Part shown: positions 13,537-26,410 of the stretch, piece by piece | Layout: every line of letters begins with the position of its first letter | Numbering within the stretch: the stretch's first letter is position 1 | The notes under the pieces: model-generated | Told to the model about the DNA's origin: nothing | Databases searched by the model: none | Seen by the model: the letters and a program-made list of their open reading frames with translations, nothing else | Program-made: the position numbers and the translations under genes | Assembly: GCA_964106915.2 (NCBI GenBank) | Contig: OZ066917.1 | DNA: 64,000 nucleotides | Origin: Podarcis gaigeae | Taxonomy: Eukaryota | Strand: one strand, 5' to 3'

Positions 13537-13760
13537 CTGCAAAAAAGCTAATGCTATTCTAGGCCACATCAACAACAGTATAGCGTCCTGGTGAAAGGAA
13601 GAATAGTACCACTCTATACTGCCTTGGTCAGACCACACCTGGGGTACTGTGTCCAGTTCTGGGTGCCACAATTTAAGAAGGATATTGACAATCTGGAATG
13701 TGAATGAGATGATCAAGGGCCTGAAATCCAAGCCTTATGAGGAATGGTTGAGGGAGTTGG
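13537..13760 (+). mobile_element. CR1 LINE ORF2 fragment
   Basis: Encodes ANAILGHIN...[31 protein letters not shown] with disruptions, a hallmark CR1 RT C-terminal segment. Confidence 0.85.
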
Positions 13761-14409
13761 AAATCAATTCAGTAGGCCTGTTGGCACAAGAAAAGTATTC
13801 AGTAGGTCCCTAAGTCTTACCAATGAGGAAGTCTGCCAAATTTTATGGTGTCTGGGATTGGGGGGAGATTTGGAGTTTGAAGTACCCTGATCCCAGTTTC
13901 CACAGCCCCAAACTTCCCCACACAAACATAGTGAAGCGGAAGCAGAATAAACAAGTTCCTGCATTGTACAACTTCTCAGGGCCGGAGAAGCAGTCACTGC
14001 AGGAGCTGAACAGTTTCCACTTACTACCCCTCTTCTCTGGCTAGGAAGGTACAGCAGAACACTTGCGTCTCTCCCTGAAAGGGGCTTCACAGAACATCCT
14101 TCAAGGACAGGTGCTATAGTAGTTCTTTTCCTGAGCCAGGCACTGGAGCAGGAGCAGAGGAGTTGAAATAGAAGCAGTTCTCCCTGGAGCTTCTCCCTGG
14201 AGCTGAGCTTGGGAAGGCCCACTGTAGCCCAGGGAGATTGACCACAGCCATCTGCTTGAGATGGTTGCTTGCTAGTTCGAGCAGAATAACTGAACTTGCA
14301 TTGTCATGATCTCTCTCTCTCCTTTTGTAGGTTCCCTCTCCCCCACTTTACCAATCTCACGTTGCTGGGTATTGCCACTGGGTGCTGCCATTGGCTGCTA
14401 GCTTTGGCA

Positions 14410-14778
14410 CTGACCTGTGACAGGGCCTTCTTGGTGGTGGTTCTCCACTTGTGGAACGCTACCCTGGTGAGCTGTGTTGATCTCCCTTAGGAGGAGTTCT
14501 CAAACATTCCTGTTAAGCCAGGCATTTGTTGGTTAAAAGATGCTATTCTTGGCAACGTTCAAATTAAATTATTAACTATGCTTTTAAATATTCTAACAGT
14601 TTAGATATTCTTAAAAGTTTTCGGATGTTCCTATTGTTTTTAAATGTTTTAAGTATGTTTTTTTTTACTTTTAATTGTGTTGTTTTGTTGCTTTGGTGCT
14701 TGCCATGGGCTCTCGTGGCAGTAAGGGCGAGATAGAAATTTAATACATACATACATACATACATACATACATACATAC
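14410..14778 (+). mobile_element. L2-like LINE 3' end with (ATAC)n tail
   Basis: gacagggccttcttggtggtgg...ttgtggaacgct, then an AT-rich tail and an (ATAC)9 microsatellite at 14743-14778. Confidence 0.55.
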
Positions 14779-16007
14779 AAAATTAATTTTTTGGTGGGAA
14801 TTGGCATTTATATAGCTGCATAAACATGGTAATTTACAGAAATGAGTGCAAATCAAGCAAATTTTTATATATTGACCCCTTCTAAATTTGTGAGAGAATG
14901 GTGGAAGGCAGAATGAGATTTGAATGGATTTCAATGCATCTGCTCCAGAATGATGCCTTTTAATAGATTCAGATCACTATACAAACTAGTAAGTGACAAC
15001 AAATTGAGCAATTTGATCTCCGCTTTCTTAAATACCATGGCAACACAGTTGAGTACCAGATTTCAAGGGCCAGGTCAGTTCCCAGAATACAACTGCTTCA
15101 ACAGAAATAACACAAGCGACAAGATAGAACACCACTGCTTTTTGCCTACAGCTCACATTTGAGGTTGTTGTAATGCATCACAATGGAACTACAAACTGTT
15201 GTCAAGAGTGATCTGCTGGGAAGAGCAAAGAAGTCACAAGGAGCTGACCTTTGCTGGCACATAGACAGCTGGATAACCTAAAAAACCCAATCACTGCTCA
15301 GAAACATATATTGCCAAATTTATGACAAGAAATTGTAACAGACCGAAATGTTGACTATGGCCTCTGATACTTTGCTTTGTCTCAGTGGTACTGTCCATTG
15401 TACCTACATGCCAATGTTAGCAATTCACATTGGATAACTACCCTATCTTTTAAATGTAGTGACTGGGCACAGATCATATACAAAGAGCAAGAACACCAAG
15501 AAAGGAGTGGTGTCCACAGAACTGGACACACTATTGCTTATGTGAGTTACAGTTATTTGGAACATCAAATTGTGTGGATCCATGGAACATATGACAACTG
15601 AACAGGAGTTCAAATAGAAACTCCTCAGTATTCTAGAATCAGAATAAAAAGTGAAGAATTGTGTCTGTCAGAGATTATTCTGTCTCTACTTTTTACAATT
15701 TTCAAAAGAAACATTCCCCACTGAATGGATGCTAATTTAATTATTAAGGAGGCTGCAGTCACAGTCACTATATTCAGATCTTCATTCTAGCAGAATAGCA
15801 GCTAATGTGTCTTCCAGATTCTGTGAACTACAACTCCCATTGGCCCAAGTCAGCATGATCAATGGTTAGGAGTGATGTGAGATGGAGTCCAAAATAGCTA
15901 GAGGACATCACAATGTCCTTACTCCTAGAATGTGTATGGTGGGCGGGGGCGGGTTAAGTGCATGCTAGCCTCCGTTCCTGACTTACATATGTTTACTATC
16001 ACTACAA

Positions 16008-16375
16008 GGGACGCAGGTGGCGCTGTGGGTTAAAGCCTCAGCACCTAGGACTTGCCGATCGAAAGGTCGGCGGTTCGAATCCCTGCGGCGGGGTGCGCTC
16101 CCGCTGCTCGGTCCCAGCGCCTGCCAACCTAGCAGTTCGAAAGCACCTCCGGGTGCAAGTAGATAAATAGGGACCGCTTACCAGTGGGAAGGTAAACGGC
16201 GTTTCCGTGTGCGGCTCTGGCTCGCCAGATGCAGCTTTGTCACGCTGGCCACGTGACCCGGAAGTGTCTCCGGACAGCGCTGGCCCCTGGCCTCTTGAGT
16301 GAGATGGGCGCACAACCCCAGAGTCTGTCAAGACTGGCCCGTACAGGCAGGGGTACCTTTACCTTTACCTTTACC
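16008..16375 (+). mobile_element. Full-length Sauria SINE (tRNA-derived head, (ACCTTT)n tail)
   Basis: A/B boxes (tggcgctgtgggtt; ggttcgaatcc) and an (accttt)n tail. Perfect 15-bp TSD ttactatcactacaa at 15993-16007 and 16376-16390. CpG-rich, so young. Confidence 0.93.
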
Positions 16376-17678
16376 TTACTATCACTACAAATAGGCATGC
16401 ATGCACCGTTATATGTGCAGAGGGCTTTTCTGCATGACCAAGAACCCTGTGGTTTCAGGTTCCCCCAACACAAAGACAGAGGCTTATTCTTCTTTGTTGT
16501 AATCTTCTTCATTCGCATGGTTTGGGGTGGAGCCATGATGTGACTCCTCCCATGCATTCTTTGGAATCTATTGGAATAACCTTCTAGATCAGGAACAATG
16601 ATCAGCAACGTTCAGTAGTTTAGCAACAACCAAAGGGCCAAAGGTTCCCCATACCCAACCCCAGACTCTAGGAAAAGGGCTGAGTTATGCTAGTATAGAC
16701 AGATTAGGAGAGAAACACAGCTTTCGCCTCTGCCAAGAGAAACCTTGAATAGAGATAAGTTTTGCCTTCTCTGCTGTTTTTTGAAATTATGTTCCTGATG
16801 CCCCTTTGGGCAGACTGTCATCTAAATGCAGGATTGGTCCAGTACTGGTCCTGTAGGCTTTAAGACATTACCTTCCATTATGACTACAATTTAACATATC
16901 TGCTTCTAAATGTCTGCCACTTTCTTTCTGCTCTGGCCTTATGCTCATCACTTCCTGTTCCCTTTTTTGTGTGTGTGGTTTGCTCTGCCGCACACATGTT
17001 TATTCCGAACAAGTTAGCAACATGCCTAATTATCCTTGCTGTAAGCATCCTGTGTATCATCAGCTCCTTCTGCTGGGGTGATTGTTCATTCATTTCTGTA
17101 GAGCAAATACGGCTTTGATGATCAAAATAGGATCTGTGAAGGCAAATTAAGGGGAGGGAGCATAATCAGACTGACACATAAATCCCAGTGAGAAATATGG
17201 TGACACGAAGCTATATGATAAAGTGGGCCTGGGACAGTTTTCAGTAGGTCACTGGGATACTGGAGGCAATACATGGCCATTGATAGCCTTCTCCATGAAT
17301 ACGTCAAACACCCTTTTCAAACCATGTTGGTGGCCATCTCTGCATCCTATGGCTTGAATTCCATGGTTTTATCTATGTGTGAAGAAATGTTTCCTTTTGT
17401 CTGTCCTGAATAATTGCCTTTGTATTTTCCTCCTAATATACTCTAACGTGTGCCCTCCCTCCCAATGCTAGATATGGGTGGTATTATTGAACTAAACAGT
17501 TGGGTGAGCAGAATGACTTCTGCTTGCACAGCAGGACTGCCCTCTTCTCTTCTCCCTGCATACGCCCCGTACCTTTCCTAAATCTGCTCTGGAGGGTTGA
17601 AAGAACCCAGAGGACAGATTTAGGGCATGAGCTGGGAGAGGAGGAAAGTTATTCCTCTTGTGCAAGGATATAGCTCTA

Positions 17679-17854
17679 CATAGCTGTCAACCTTCCTTTT
17701 TTGCGGGAAATTCCCTTATTCCAGCGCCGTTTCCCGCTGCTATCCTGGATTGTTAGATATCCTGTAGACTATCCCCAGGACAGGTGAGGCTGCTGATCCC
17801 TTATTTTCGAGGCTACTGATCCTTTATTTTCAAATCTGAAAGTTGACAGCTATG
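17679..17854. mobile_element. hAT-type MITE
   Basis: TIR catagctgtcaac / gttgacagctatg, perfect 8-bp TSD tagctcta, and an internal ~23-bp tandem duplication. Confidence 0.9.
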
Positions 17855-20800
17855 TAGCTCTACCCTGAATATGACCTCTGGAATCAATGTGATGGTGCTG
17901 CCACCAGTGCCCCTTTCCCGATTAGCCCATTTTCTTTTTTGCTTTTGCCTCAATCTTGGTCACTTTATGCTGGGGGTCAAACTAAATATGCCACTGTGAG
18001 AACGTAATTAGCACACAGGTGTTAATTACATAAATAGCAGCTGCAGGGGCCTCAAAGCAGCTTCAGGACCATACAGGAGGGTAGAGAACTTGTTCTTTTC
18101 CTGCCACATTCTGAACTAAAACCACAAAAATCAGCTTCAGAGAAGCATTTGAAGGGGAAGCCTCCCTAAGGAACATTGCTGGTTGAAATGCAAATGGCAG
18201 CTTTGGAAAGCCAATTTTGTCAAGTTTGTGACAGGGAAACAAAAATGTGTGTGTTAACTGCATCCATACAATTAAAGTTGCACCTAGTTTGTCTTTCCCC
18301 CCTGACAAATTCCATGTATAATTTTGTTGCTCATTCACCCAGTCTGAAGAGATCTTTTTCTCTTCAGTCCACTTAGGTATATACACCATTCTAAATACTT
18401 GATGTCATCTGCAAACTACGCTACCTATCTATGCTGTTTTCTTCAGCTTAAAGAAACATATTTTCAATCTATAAGAGGTTTACAGAAGATACCGAGAAAA
18501 GGAGAATTACCCAGATAATCCATCCCAGCTGCTTTTAGCACTGTATAGTTCCAGACTAACATTTGTGAAGTAAACATGGGCCTACAACAACAGCAGAAAA
18601 AAAGTCACTTGGAGGAGGGTGACTATCAAGGGAAGAGTTAAGCACATACATTCCCTTTGTGCTACCTCGGCTTCAAAGCACTTTGCAGTGGTGGGAGGAC
18701 TTCGTGTGGAAGGTTTGCCCAAGAAAGTTACAGCTGCACAAGAGAGACTTGTACTTGTTCTAATATCCTTGCATACCATCGCAAAGTGAAGGGCTGCACT
18801 TTTCTGGAATCTGCTGGTTCAGGGTTCTCTCCCCCCCCCCCTTTTCTTGGAGGAGAGTGTCGAAGAAAAGAATGCAGGTGAACCCTGTGTGAATGCTGAG
18901 AGATAATGCAAAAGAACCCCCTCATTTCACACACCCTGTCCCTCTCTGTACCTCCCCAGTTTCCAGGCACCCACTGAGGGATCTCTTGCAAAAAAAAAAG
19001 AACAACTCTTGAACCATTTTCCTGGGGGAAAGCCCTTCCCTCCAGACCCCTGTGCTTCTTAGCTTTATCCATGCCAGCATTATTGCACTTGCTCACAGCT
19101 TCCGCTTACCTGTAATGTGGCCCTGGGGCAGCTGGTAATGGAAAATGTACAGTGCTTTGCTCCCCCCTGGCAGTTTCTCTGTCAGAATTGCCCTCGGGCT
19201 TTTCTTTGTGCTGGAACCTGAGCAGGAGCTAGCTATGTCCTAATTGACATTTCCAACTACATTCTTACTCATGCGCTACTCTCTCTCCCTTCCCATGGAA
19301 TTCAGAAGGCTTGATTCAGTCAAACATGCTCAGAATGTAAACACGGACTCATTTCAATACACTTGAAGCCAGCTAAGAACCCTCAAGAGAAGTATTTGGG
19401 GGTCTCTCTCTCTGTACTTTGGGGGGCATATATTGGGCCCTGTATATTTTTCAACATTTTAGCAGTCAGGCAGTTATGCTTAAAGACCTAAACCAAGTTT
19501 ATTCAATTCCAGCGCTAAGTACCTTGAGATCCTGCCCATGGACAACTTGGCAAGTCGCTAGTCTGATAGAAGACAAATGAAACTGTTTAAGAATATATCC
19601 CCACAAAGGTCAAAAACAAATAACTTTTAAGAAATAAATAAATTAATTATTTGCTTTTCTATTCTATCTTGTAGACAACACATGCTATGACTGCAACATA
19701 GGTCAAAAACAAATTTCTGATAGGCTGGACAAGAAACCAAAGAACTTTTCTGAGCCCGCAAAAAAGCAATACTGTAATCAGTATTTTATTCTTCATCTTT
19801 GCTCTGACTTCTCAGTTAACGTGCAAATATTTTGAGGCCGTGTCTGAGTTGATAGCTACTGTGCACATAAAGAATGTTCATATCTGTAGTCACCAATGCT
19901 GTGGTTTTAAAAGGATCTTGGGATAGGCTTAGGACATGTAAGGAGCACAATAGACGCTCCGTGTTCTCTGCAGGCTGCCTCATCCCCTTGCATAGCACGT
20001 CTGGCCATAGACACGCCTCCTGTGTGATTAGTGGCAGGTTAGTCCTCCAGTCTATTGTCTGGGATGGAGGGAGGAAGGAAGCTTTGCTGAAAGCAGCCAT
20101 GTATTAACACATCAGCATCCAAATCAATATCTTCCCTGACAGGACTAATTCCACAGAGACATGCTGCCGCCAGCCATGCTGTAAGGAAAAGCCGTGCCGG
20201 TCCGGGGGAAATGCAGATGTGGAGGTGCCTGGGACCATGGCAGTCCTGGGACTAACACAGCTGGGGTGTAGGAATCGCCGCAAAGCTGCATGGTTTGCTA
20301 GGGAAAATGCCTTTGTATCAAGCTTGGACAGGTCTGTCTTCAATTTCCTGCTTCAGTATCGCTTGTCTGTGTGCATCCCTCCTGCATCACCCCTTTGGTG
20401 CTTTCTCTTTGTCATTGTCTGTACCGTTTTGCCTTTTGCTCTTGCTCATCTTCCTTCCTTCCTTTCTTCTCCTCAAGGTCTTGTAGCACATATTCTTTCC
20501 TTCAACCATTTCCCTCCCATCCTTCTCATTGACTTCTCAATTCCAGTCAATCCAGGGTGGCTTTTGCAGGCAGGGGGGAGGAAAGGCGTGGCACCTGTTG
20601 CTTATGTTTCTGCTGGAAGGGTGGAACTTCCTTTCAGCTTGTGGTTGCTGCCACGTGTCAGGAATGAAGACCCAACTGCACAGCCCAAACCCATCCACCA
20701 AGCTACCTGCTTCCCCAGCCGTTGGGAATTCACCCCTTTCCTCTAATTGCTTGGGATGTTTGCTTGATTTAACGAACCCGTAAACACCACCTCAGAATGT

Positions 20801-21180
20801 TAATTGCTCCTATTTCCAGTGACACAAATTAAAAACACTACCACCTCAAACAGAGCACAAGCAAAACAAGAGCAGGGAGGATACTTTGTTGAACTTGGCA
20901 CTCTTCTGTTCAGTGGATGGAGTGAACATTGCCATCAGCAGCAGTAGCTCATGCTCCACCCGTATAAAGCAAAGTTCAGTGTTCAAGCATCCCAAGAAGA
21001 ACTGGTACCCAAGCATCATTTTTCTGGGCACATCTGGTATAAACTTGTAACATGGGCCCCTTTCCTCTTCCTCTCAGAAGGCTTCGCCTGCCTGATTTAT
21101 TAAATAGGGTAGATTGTTTGATGTCATTGAGCTTTTTGATTAGCTCCCTTTGTTGGAACTGCTTAACCAAGGCTGTAAAC

Positions 21181-21317
21181 CAGGCATAGGCAAACTCGGC
21201 CCTCCAGATGTTTTTGGGACTACAATTCCCATCATCCCTGACCACTGGTCCTGTTAGCTAGGGATGATGGGAGTTGTAGTCCCAAAACATCTGGAGGGCT
21301 GAGTTTGCCTATGCCTG
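21181..21317. mobile_element. hAT-type palindromic MITE (~137 bp)
   Basis: TIR caggcataggcaaactc / gagtttgcctatgcctg and 8-bp TSD ctgtaaac. The body is largely self-complementary. Confidence 0.92.
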
Positions 21318-24300
21318 CTGTAAACTCTTGGAGGCAGAAATCAAAACTCCATCTCCTACAGATGCAACTGGTTCTTGTACCTTTGGGGGATAAGATCAGG
21401 AAAACTGCTATTTTCATCACTTGTGGATGCTCTGACCATAGTAACAACATCTGCCCCGGCATAGAAGAATCCTGCTAAGAGAGCTGCAGGGCGGAGGAGG
21501 CAGAAGCCACAGTCTTCTATCCTGGTGCCTTCACACTATTTAGCTAGGTTAAGCGCAACTGTCCTTGGTGCTAAATTGCTTCCACACCTCAGAAAGCGTG
21601 AAAGGTTTTTTCCTGCCTCCTGTGCCCATGTTTCGCTATTTTAGTAGATACAGTTGGCAAATCTTTTCCCTCTGCGCTTCATTCTCAGCTATTAGATATC
21701 AGTCATCTTTGATTTTTATAACATGATCCCTTTCGTTCTGTCTGACAAAACAGCTATACGGGGGATTCTTTGGATAAGGCTGAAAATTTTTGTAGTTGCT
21801 TTAATTAGTATTTGTATCCCTGAGCCACTGCATGTGTGGGTGTATTTGATTATGTGTGTGTACATACTTTTTAAATTAATAAAATAATGAAAATGAGAAA
21901 AAGGTGGCTAGTTGCCTCCACTCCCCAAGTTTACAACGTAGGAATCCTAGATTGTCTCTGTTTCTCGAGGGGGATAGACCCACCAACTAGAAAAGGGGAT
22001 TATCCCTCTGTGAATCCTGCTACTCCATTAGCAGTCAGCCTGAATAATGGGGAAAGGTACATTTTGCATGTGACAATTCCGTTCCCCCGCCCCTAGTCAT
22101 TCATTTCATAGGGAGCTGCCTTATATTGGATCACAACGCCTTGTTTGTCTTGCCTGGCATTTTGTAGTCCCTGTCCTGAAACTGCCATGGCTGGAGATGC
22201 CAGTGGTTGAACATTGGACCCTCTGCATACAAGGCATATTCTCAACCACTGGTCCTGCTTCATTGCTCATCTGAACCTAGGAATCTGCACAGAATTAGAA
22301 AGAGACTCACAAAAAGGGCCGAAATTCCTTACGAGCTGCCCTTGTTCCATGGCTGGATGAGCCTCAGGTCCTCTGAGAATTGGTTTTGGATATTGCATCA
22401 GAAGCACAAGGTTTGCTTGCTTACAGAAGCCAAGCTTCTCTTGCAATGCCCAAACCGATTCTTCTCCATTTATAAATGTCTTCTCCATTTATTTCATTGG
22501 AACTCCAACCCGCCCCCCTGGCCAGGGGACTTTGCTCCCTAAGATTTTTCTCCCCAAATCTTGTTCTTCAGTCTCTCTTACTTCTTTACAGGATTATGAA
22601 ACCTATCATTTATGATCAGTGCTCTTCCAAGGTGTTTGACACCTCCACATTCTTCATTTACCCCATTTCAAGTCACGTGCCTGTCCCCCCATCACTTTAT
22701 GCTTCATAAAACCAAACAATTGGATCCATGCACTTGAATGTAGGTCCTCCAGATACAAAGAGTGGTGGATTGTGGCCACACAGAATAAACAAATCACTTC
22801 ACTTTTTTCACCTGTGAGGCTGGTAAAAGAGCATCTATCTCTGCATTTCTGCTGTATCTTCCTCCTAGAGGGAGGAGATGAAAGTGCTCTTCTCTTCCAT
22901 GGGAGGAATGATGCCAACCCAGGCTCCTTCATCGTTGGTGTGCTACCTGCTATGGGATCAATGGGGGAAGATGGCTCTGGTAGTCCCTCTGGTAGTCCTT
23001 GTTGCTGAAACACATTAATTCTTCCCCCTATCAGCCCCGTATTAACGTGAATTGCCCATCAGAAGCAGAGATGCTCCAGTGTCCTGTACCTTCTTATTGT
23101 AATCCAGGAAGACAGGGGAAGAACAGATGGAAAATGATTGCTGCATTTCAGTATACGGAACTGTTGGAGAAACACACACAACAGTAGAGGGTGAGGTAGC
23201 GAGAATGATGCCAAAATAATGACTGCATCCTATCCTGAACTGGGAATCTTAGATAGTGAGTCATGGATCTACGTATTTCATGAAAAAGAGGTAGAAATAT
23301 TATGAAGATTGTAGGTTTGATAACGTGGATCGGAGAATGAGGTTAACAAGCCTGAATACAGTCCTTTGGGCAACTAGTAGAAGTCATTTTGACAAGGGAT
23401 TCCTTGGAGGAGGTTTGGGGGCATGAAAGAAGAACAGAGTGTTCCCTTCTTCCAATATATGACAGAAAGGACTCTGGAGAATACATGTAATGAGGACTTT
23501 CTTTCTTTTTTTGTCCAAAGAAGTTTGATCAATAGTGAATTTTCTCAGGGCTGCCGACATTCTATTTATGAAATCACAGGTCTTGCCATCTTAGTGTTTT
23601 TTTCTGTACCTCAAGCTCCTAAAATTTAAAATAGTCTTCAAGTTTTAGAAACTGAAAGCTTATTTTAAAATGCTTCTAAATGAATTAATATTCTTTAACG
23701 TCAGCTTGTTATTTTGGAAGCGTGACTTACTTTTAAAGCCATCCTATGCTGTACTAACCGTGCAACATATGCAGACTGCCTACACAATACACTTTCCCCC
23801 ACATTTCAGGTGAATTGCTGCTCTATGGATGCCTTCAGACTGCCAGTATTCATTTAAATACTGGCAAATTGAGGTTTGTGAAGTTAAAGTGGATTAAAGT
23901 GTTCTGACTCTCAGACACAACAAACCCACTTTCAAACACAACACAAAATAGACTTTTTGCTGTAAGGAAAGTTATGGGAAAATGTGGGATGACATTAGAT
24001 TGGTGGAAAGCCATATAACCTTGACACAAACAAATCAGGGTGTGAATGCTCAATGAACAATGGACATCATACAACCTCTGCAGAAACTTTGTGCAAATGA
24101 ATCAGAATGAATAAGCAAGTTTCCAGAAGTGACCTGTGTTCATGACAATGCTGAACCAGCTTTTCTTAAATCACTAGTATGTAAGATACTGAGATCAGCA
24201 ATGTCAGTTCTGTAGAGCTCCAATGGACCAGGAGGGTCACTGGGGAGACTTCTTGGAAAAAATATTTGAGTCTCAGAGAAGCCAACACTCATGGGTCACT

Positions 24301-25379
24301 AATTACCTTTTCTTAGTCAGCCATCCCATTGCCCTAATAATCTGCAGGCACTCACCAGCTTAATGTCTGTCTCATCAACCCATAGCAGCGTTTTCTTCCT
24401 GTTAATGCTAGCAGGGCATAATGAGGCAGGCAGGAAAGTCAGCACCAAGCAGGAAAGTGACACACCAGCAGCATGGATCCAGGCTGCACAGGACCCCCCT
24501 GGCCACTTCGCAGCTGGGTATCTGACCTAACACCTTCCTCCATTGCTCCTGGTGAAGGCAAGGCCTCCTTGGCTTTCCTCAGTCACTTGCACTGCAGTGG
24601 TAGCGGAGTCCTACCTGCTGCAGCTCACCCAACACCGCTGTCCACATCTGACTCATTGGTTCTTGTTTGTGGATGGGGATGTGCATTTGCATATCTCATT
24701 GAAAGTGATCAGTGAAGACAGATGGCGCCAACAAGCATTCTGCTGTGCTTTTGAATGTGCATCAGACTTGTGCCGTAAAGTGATACATGTGCAGAAGCAT
24801 GCTTACTTGTGAGGGTTTGCTTAGCTGCATTGGTAAGCCTGCTTCTAAGTGGGAACCACACTAAATTGCCTTTGTGGGAACCTGTCCCTGTGTTTAGCTC
24901 CTTAGCCTGGAACAGTTTGTGTCATGCTGGACAAACCCCTTGACCATGTTGCATCTGCTTTCCCATGCTGCAGGCAGTGGTGACTGGTGTCCATTGGACC
25001 TGGTGGGGCATAAGGCAAGGGACCAATGAGAGGGACAACCATAGCCAATGACAGGCAGAGCCAATTAATTTTAGTTTTGTTCCCATCCTCTTTTCTGCAG
25101 AGTTCTACAAGGGCAACACTGAGACTGAGAAGGATGAAACTTATAGGCAGCACCATCCGGTGGTGGAGACTGAAGTCAGATTGTGATGGGTGGGGCAGTG
25201 TTCCATTTGCACTAAAGGAGAGATCTCCACTGCCTATAGGGCTGTTGGCTTTTGAACGTCTCTTGCCTTCAGAGCTCTCAGCTTTCAGGCTGCGTATTGC
25301 TTCCTGACCACCACCTGGATTGAAGAGCTGCCATATTTTGTGTGGACAACCCCACTCCCCTGCTTGTCCTCCTAAAGAA

Positions 25380-25606
25380 GAAACAAAACAATATAAAAAT
25401 CCTTCCAGTAGCACCTTAGAGACCAACTAAGTTTGTTATTGGTATGAGCTTTCATGTGCATGCACACTTCTTCAGATTTCGTGTGCAGCTATACACACAA
25501 AAGCTCGTACCAATAACAAACTAAGTTGGTCTCTAAGGTGCTACTGGAAGGAATTTTTTTATTTGGTTTCAACTACGGCAGACCAACATGGCTACCAACC
25601 TGTAAC
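25380..25606. mobile_element. Penelope-like element terminal-repeat fragment with inverted arms
   Basis: Inverted arms ccttccagtagcaccttagagaccaactaag.../...ctaagttggtctctaaggtgctactggaagg. Same family as 26019-26284, in the opposite orientation. Confidence 0.8.
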
Positions 25607-26107
25607 TCCTACAAAAGGAGATTGAAAAGCTATTTCGAGTGTGGTTTTCTCCCCCAGTGCATTCAAACAGAGCTTCAGATAGCTGTGCTGTGCTTTTCAT
25701 CCTGCAGGATTTCCCTGGGGCTGTGAAAGATCTCCAGGCGACGAGCTTGCAAATGGGTTCTTAATGCATTCCAAGATGCCCATTTGAAAGAACAAATGTG
25801 TATGTACAGAACATTACCTTTGGGAGCCCCACTGGAAATTTCAGGATGGATGTTGAAAATAGAGAGGCCATCAAATTCATCCAGCCTAGCATTGTTGACT
25901 CTTACTGGCAGCTGCTCCCCTGGGTCCTGATCAGAAGAAGGACTTTCCCATTACTTTAAGAACATCAAAACAACAAGAGTGCTGTAGCCCCCTAAAGACT
26001 ACTATCATGCTATAAGTTACAGATAGGTAGCCGTGTTGGTCTGCCATAGTCAAAACAAAAAAAATTCCTTCCAGTAGCACCTTAAAGACCAACTAAGTCA
26101 GTTCTTG

Positions 26108-26145
26108 GTATGAGCTTTCGTGTGCATGCACACTTCTTCAGATAC
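26108..26145 (-). ncRNA. Minimal type I hammerhead ribozyme motif (Penelope-associated), antisense to GAP43
   Basis: The reverse complement reads GTAT-CTGAAGA-A-GTGTGCATGCACAC-GAA-AGCT-C-ATAC. Confidence 0.75.
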
Positions 26146-26191
26146 ACTGAAACAGAAGTTTCCAGACCCTTCTGGAAACTTCTGTTTCAGT

Positions 26192-26229
26192 GTATCTGAA
26201 GAAGTGTGCATGCACACGAAAGCTCATAC
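26192..26229 (+). ncRNA. Minimal type I hammerhead ribozyme motif (Penelope-associated), sense to GAP43 pre-mRNA
   Basis: GTAT (stem I), CUGAAGA core, stem II GTGTGCATGCACAC, GAA, palindromic AGCU in place of stem III, C17, then ATAC (stem I). Predicted cleavage after 26225. Confidence 0.75.
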
Positions 26230-26386
26230 CAAGCACTGACTTAGTTGGTCTTTAAGGTGCTACTGGAAGGAGTTTTTTTTGTTTTATCATGCTATAAGTT
26301 TTCATAGACTGGAGCCCACTTCACAAGATGTATGAAGATGCATACTCAGTTGCAAATATATATTTAAATCATATTATATTAGTGAT

Positions 26387-26410
26387 GTGTGTGTGTGTGT
26401 GTGTGTGTGT
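26387..26410. repeat. (GT)n microsatellite
   Basis: Read directly from the sequence. Confidence 0.9.

Larger units (their letters stand above)
26019..26284. mobile_element. Young Penelope-derived palindromic insertion
   Basis: 115-bp inverted repeat (26052-26166 / 26171-26285, 2 mismatches, 4-nt loop). 16-bp direct flanks tatcatgctataagtt at 26003-26018 and 26285-26300. Confidence 0.85.

Noticed and set aside
13764-14300. 152-aa ORF / possible solo LTR interrupting CR1
   Set aside because: No recognisable protein domain, and I could not identify both LTR ends or a TSD.
20219-20746. 175-aa hydrophobic ORF, and similar ORFs at 24902-25426, 48535-49026 and 53971-54510
   Set aside because: Low-complexity or pyrimidine-rich composition with no domain or splice support. 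Expected by chance in intronic or UTR DNA.
26052-26285. Possible miRNA precursor or CRISPR-like repeat
   Set aside because: Explained by a Penelope inverted terminal repeat. The DNA is eukaryotic, with no repeat-spacer array.
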